64,000 bases of DNA from Phallusia mammillata (Eukaryota): contig OZ281494.1 of NCBI GenBank assembly GCA_965637545.1, forward strand, positions 3,534,001 through 3,598,000, given 5' to 3'. The notes beneath the pieces are model-generated. The model did no database searches. It had not been told where the DNA came from and worked only from the letters and a program-made list of their open reading frames with translations. This document shows positions 62,644 to 64,000 of this stretch, piece after piece (position 1 is the stretch's first letter; every line of letters begins with the position of its first letter). Position numbers and translations under genes: made by a program.

Positions 62644-63294
62644 CTACTTCAGCAACTGGTTTAAAAGCCTATAAAACAGTGCGAGGGCTGTACATCTTCC
62701 CAGCAAACGACAAGAGAAAATAGCACGTTCCATGAACACTTTCTGATATGCCTCGTTACTACGGTTTTGCCGGATGTAGTTGTTCATAGCAAAAGCTGTA
62801 GCTGGTGCACCACCAATCAGTGTGAAAAGGTGAAGATGATCTTGTGTCCAACATTTCCAGCCAAAATTTTGGTCCCACACATTTACACCGAGAGTAACGA
62901 TCAAAATGATCACAAAATATCGAACAAAAATCACGCATGTAGCTTCACCAAAAACAGAAAACACACAAATACAAACAACAATTTCTATGATGAAGACAGC
63001 GAGTCCTGTCAGGTAACACTGTTTCAATTGGTTTCTCTGATCCTAAACAATAAAAACGAAATAAATGTCTATGCTAGAAATTTTGTATTACGTTGTCAAG
63101 CTTCTTTAAAATTAACTTTCAGAGCTTTTAATCAATAGCAAGTATGACTAGTATGATTCATTCAAGAAGAAATATTTTAAAAAATAGACAATCAAAGTAC
63201 CAACTTTTCATCATAGGTGTCATTTATGTTAGGCCTAAATACCTATTTTTTATTTTTTGCCAAACCTAAATTAAGAATTTTGAATAGCTACCAT
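62644..63294 (-). CDS. DUF1294/YsdA-like membrane protein, paralog A'; complement(join(62644..63042,63292..63294)), ~133 aa
   Basis: HLHLFTLIGGAPATAFAMNNYIRQ. Minus-strand ATG|gtagc donor and tgtttag acceptor, phase 0. The 5' UTR aligns to that of paralog A. Confidence 0.75.
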
Positions 63295-63550
63295 TTTTGA
63301 TATGATAGTTGTCTGTGTTTGTTCAATGAACAAAGTTGGTTGTAATCTGGTCAATTTTTAATCCTTTCGGTGTAAAATTTGTGGTGAAAACAACCTGGAG
63401 AAGGATATACCAATTAACAACTTTCCTACCTATTCATTAAATTTCACGGTATAGTTAACATTAGTGCACTTGCGATTTAAAAATGCTAAACATGAAAAAA
63501 TTACCAGTTTGTTTTGCGTTAAAATCAATTAAACTTTTTGGACAACAAGC

Positions 63551-63868
63551 CAGAGTTGTAAACGGGCCTGAAATTGGAGCCCGAACCCGGCCCAAACCCA
63601 AACGAAACAAGCCTGAAACCCGGCCCGAATCTGAATCGTTTTTGAGAGGCCCGTTAAGGCCCAAAAGTTTGATTGGCAGGCGTATAAGCCTCAGGAAAGA
63701 CCGAGACAACCAACACAATAGAATAGACAAAAGGTCTTGAACAAGGCGCTGTTTGACATTACGTCCGGTCCAGAAACTGGCTACTTAGCTAGTTAATTTT
63801 GTTCAAAAAAATACTGACACTGAGTGTAAAGTCAGGTCCAAATCAGGGCCGTTTTTTTTTCAACTCTG
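63551..63868 (+). mobile_element. hAT MITE (318 bp), CAGAGTTG family
   Basis: CAGAGTTG / CAACTCTG termini and a perfect 8-bp TSD CAACAAGC (63543-63550, 63869-63876). Confidence 0.85.
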
Positions 63869-64000
63869 CAACAAGCCTCGATTTACCTTGAACGTTTCGG
63901 TCGTTCATATTCTGCAAACTGTTTTCCATCGATTACCATGAAACGCTTCTCCTGTTATACTCCACCCTTTAAACAAACGGTTCACCAAACCTCAATAACA

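Overview
AT-rich (roughly two-thirds A+T by eye) intron-containing animal DNA. It looks like a marine invertebrate, plausibly a tunicate, but that assignment is inference only. It is not prokaryotic: I saw no operons, CRISPR arrays or rRNA. Layout: (1) Two three-gene clusters of small DUF1294/YsdA-like membrane proteins sit at the two ends of the window (0.3-5.5 kb and 58.5-63.3 kb). Four of the six genes have a first coding exon made only of ATG, and three share a positioned upstream motif. (2) Two tandem 8-exon secreted S1 serine proteases keep the His-Asp-Ser triad but share non-canonical activation, oxyanion-hole and S1-pocket residues (10.4-22.0 kb). (3) A Mag-like Ty3/Gypsy element with a tRNA-Leu PBS carries a non-autonomous hAT element inside its 3' LTR (23.2-28.2 kb). 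(4) An 11-exon secreted LCCL-LCCL-EGF-fibrinogen protein gene (31.0-39.7 kb) has, in its last intron, a young near-intact Ty3/Gypsy element with no tRNA PBS that may self-prime. (5) The rest holds MITEs, decayed LINE and DNA-transposon remnants, a 1.8-kb (TTTCTTGA)n array and a 484-N gap. Gene models were built by hand from splice signals, phase compatibility and paralog comparison. No database search was run.
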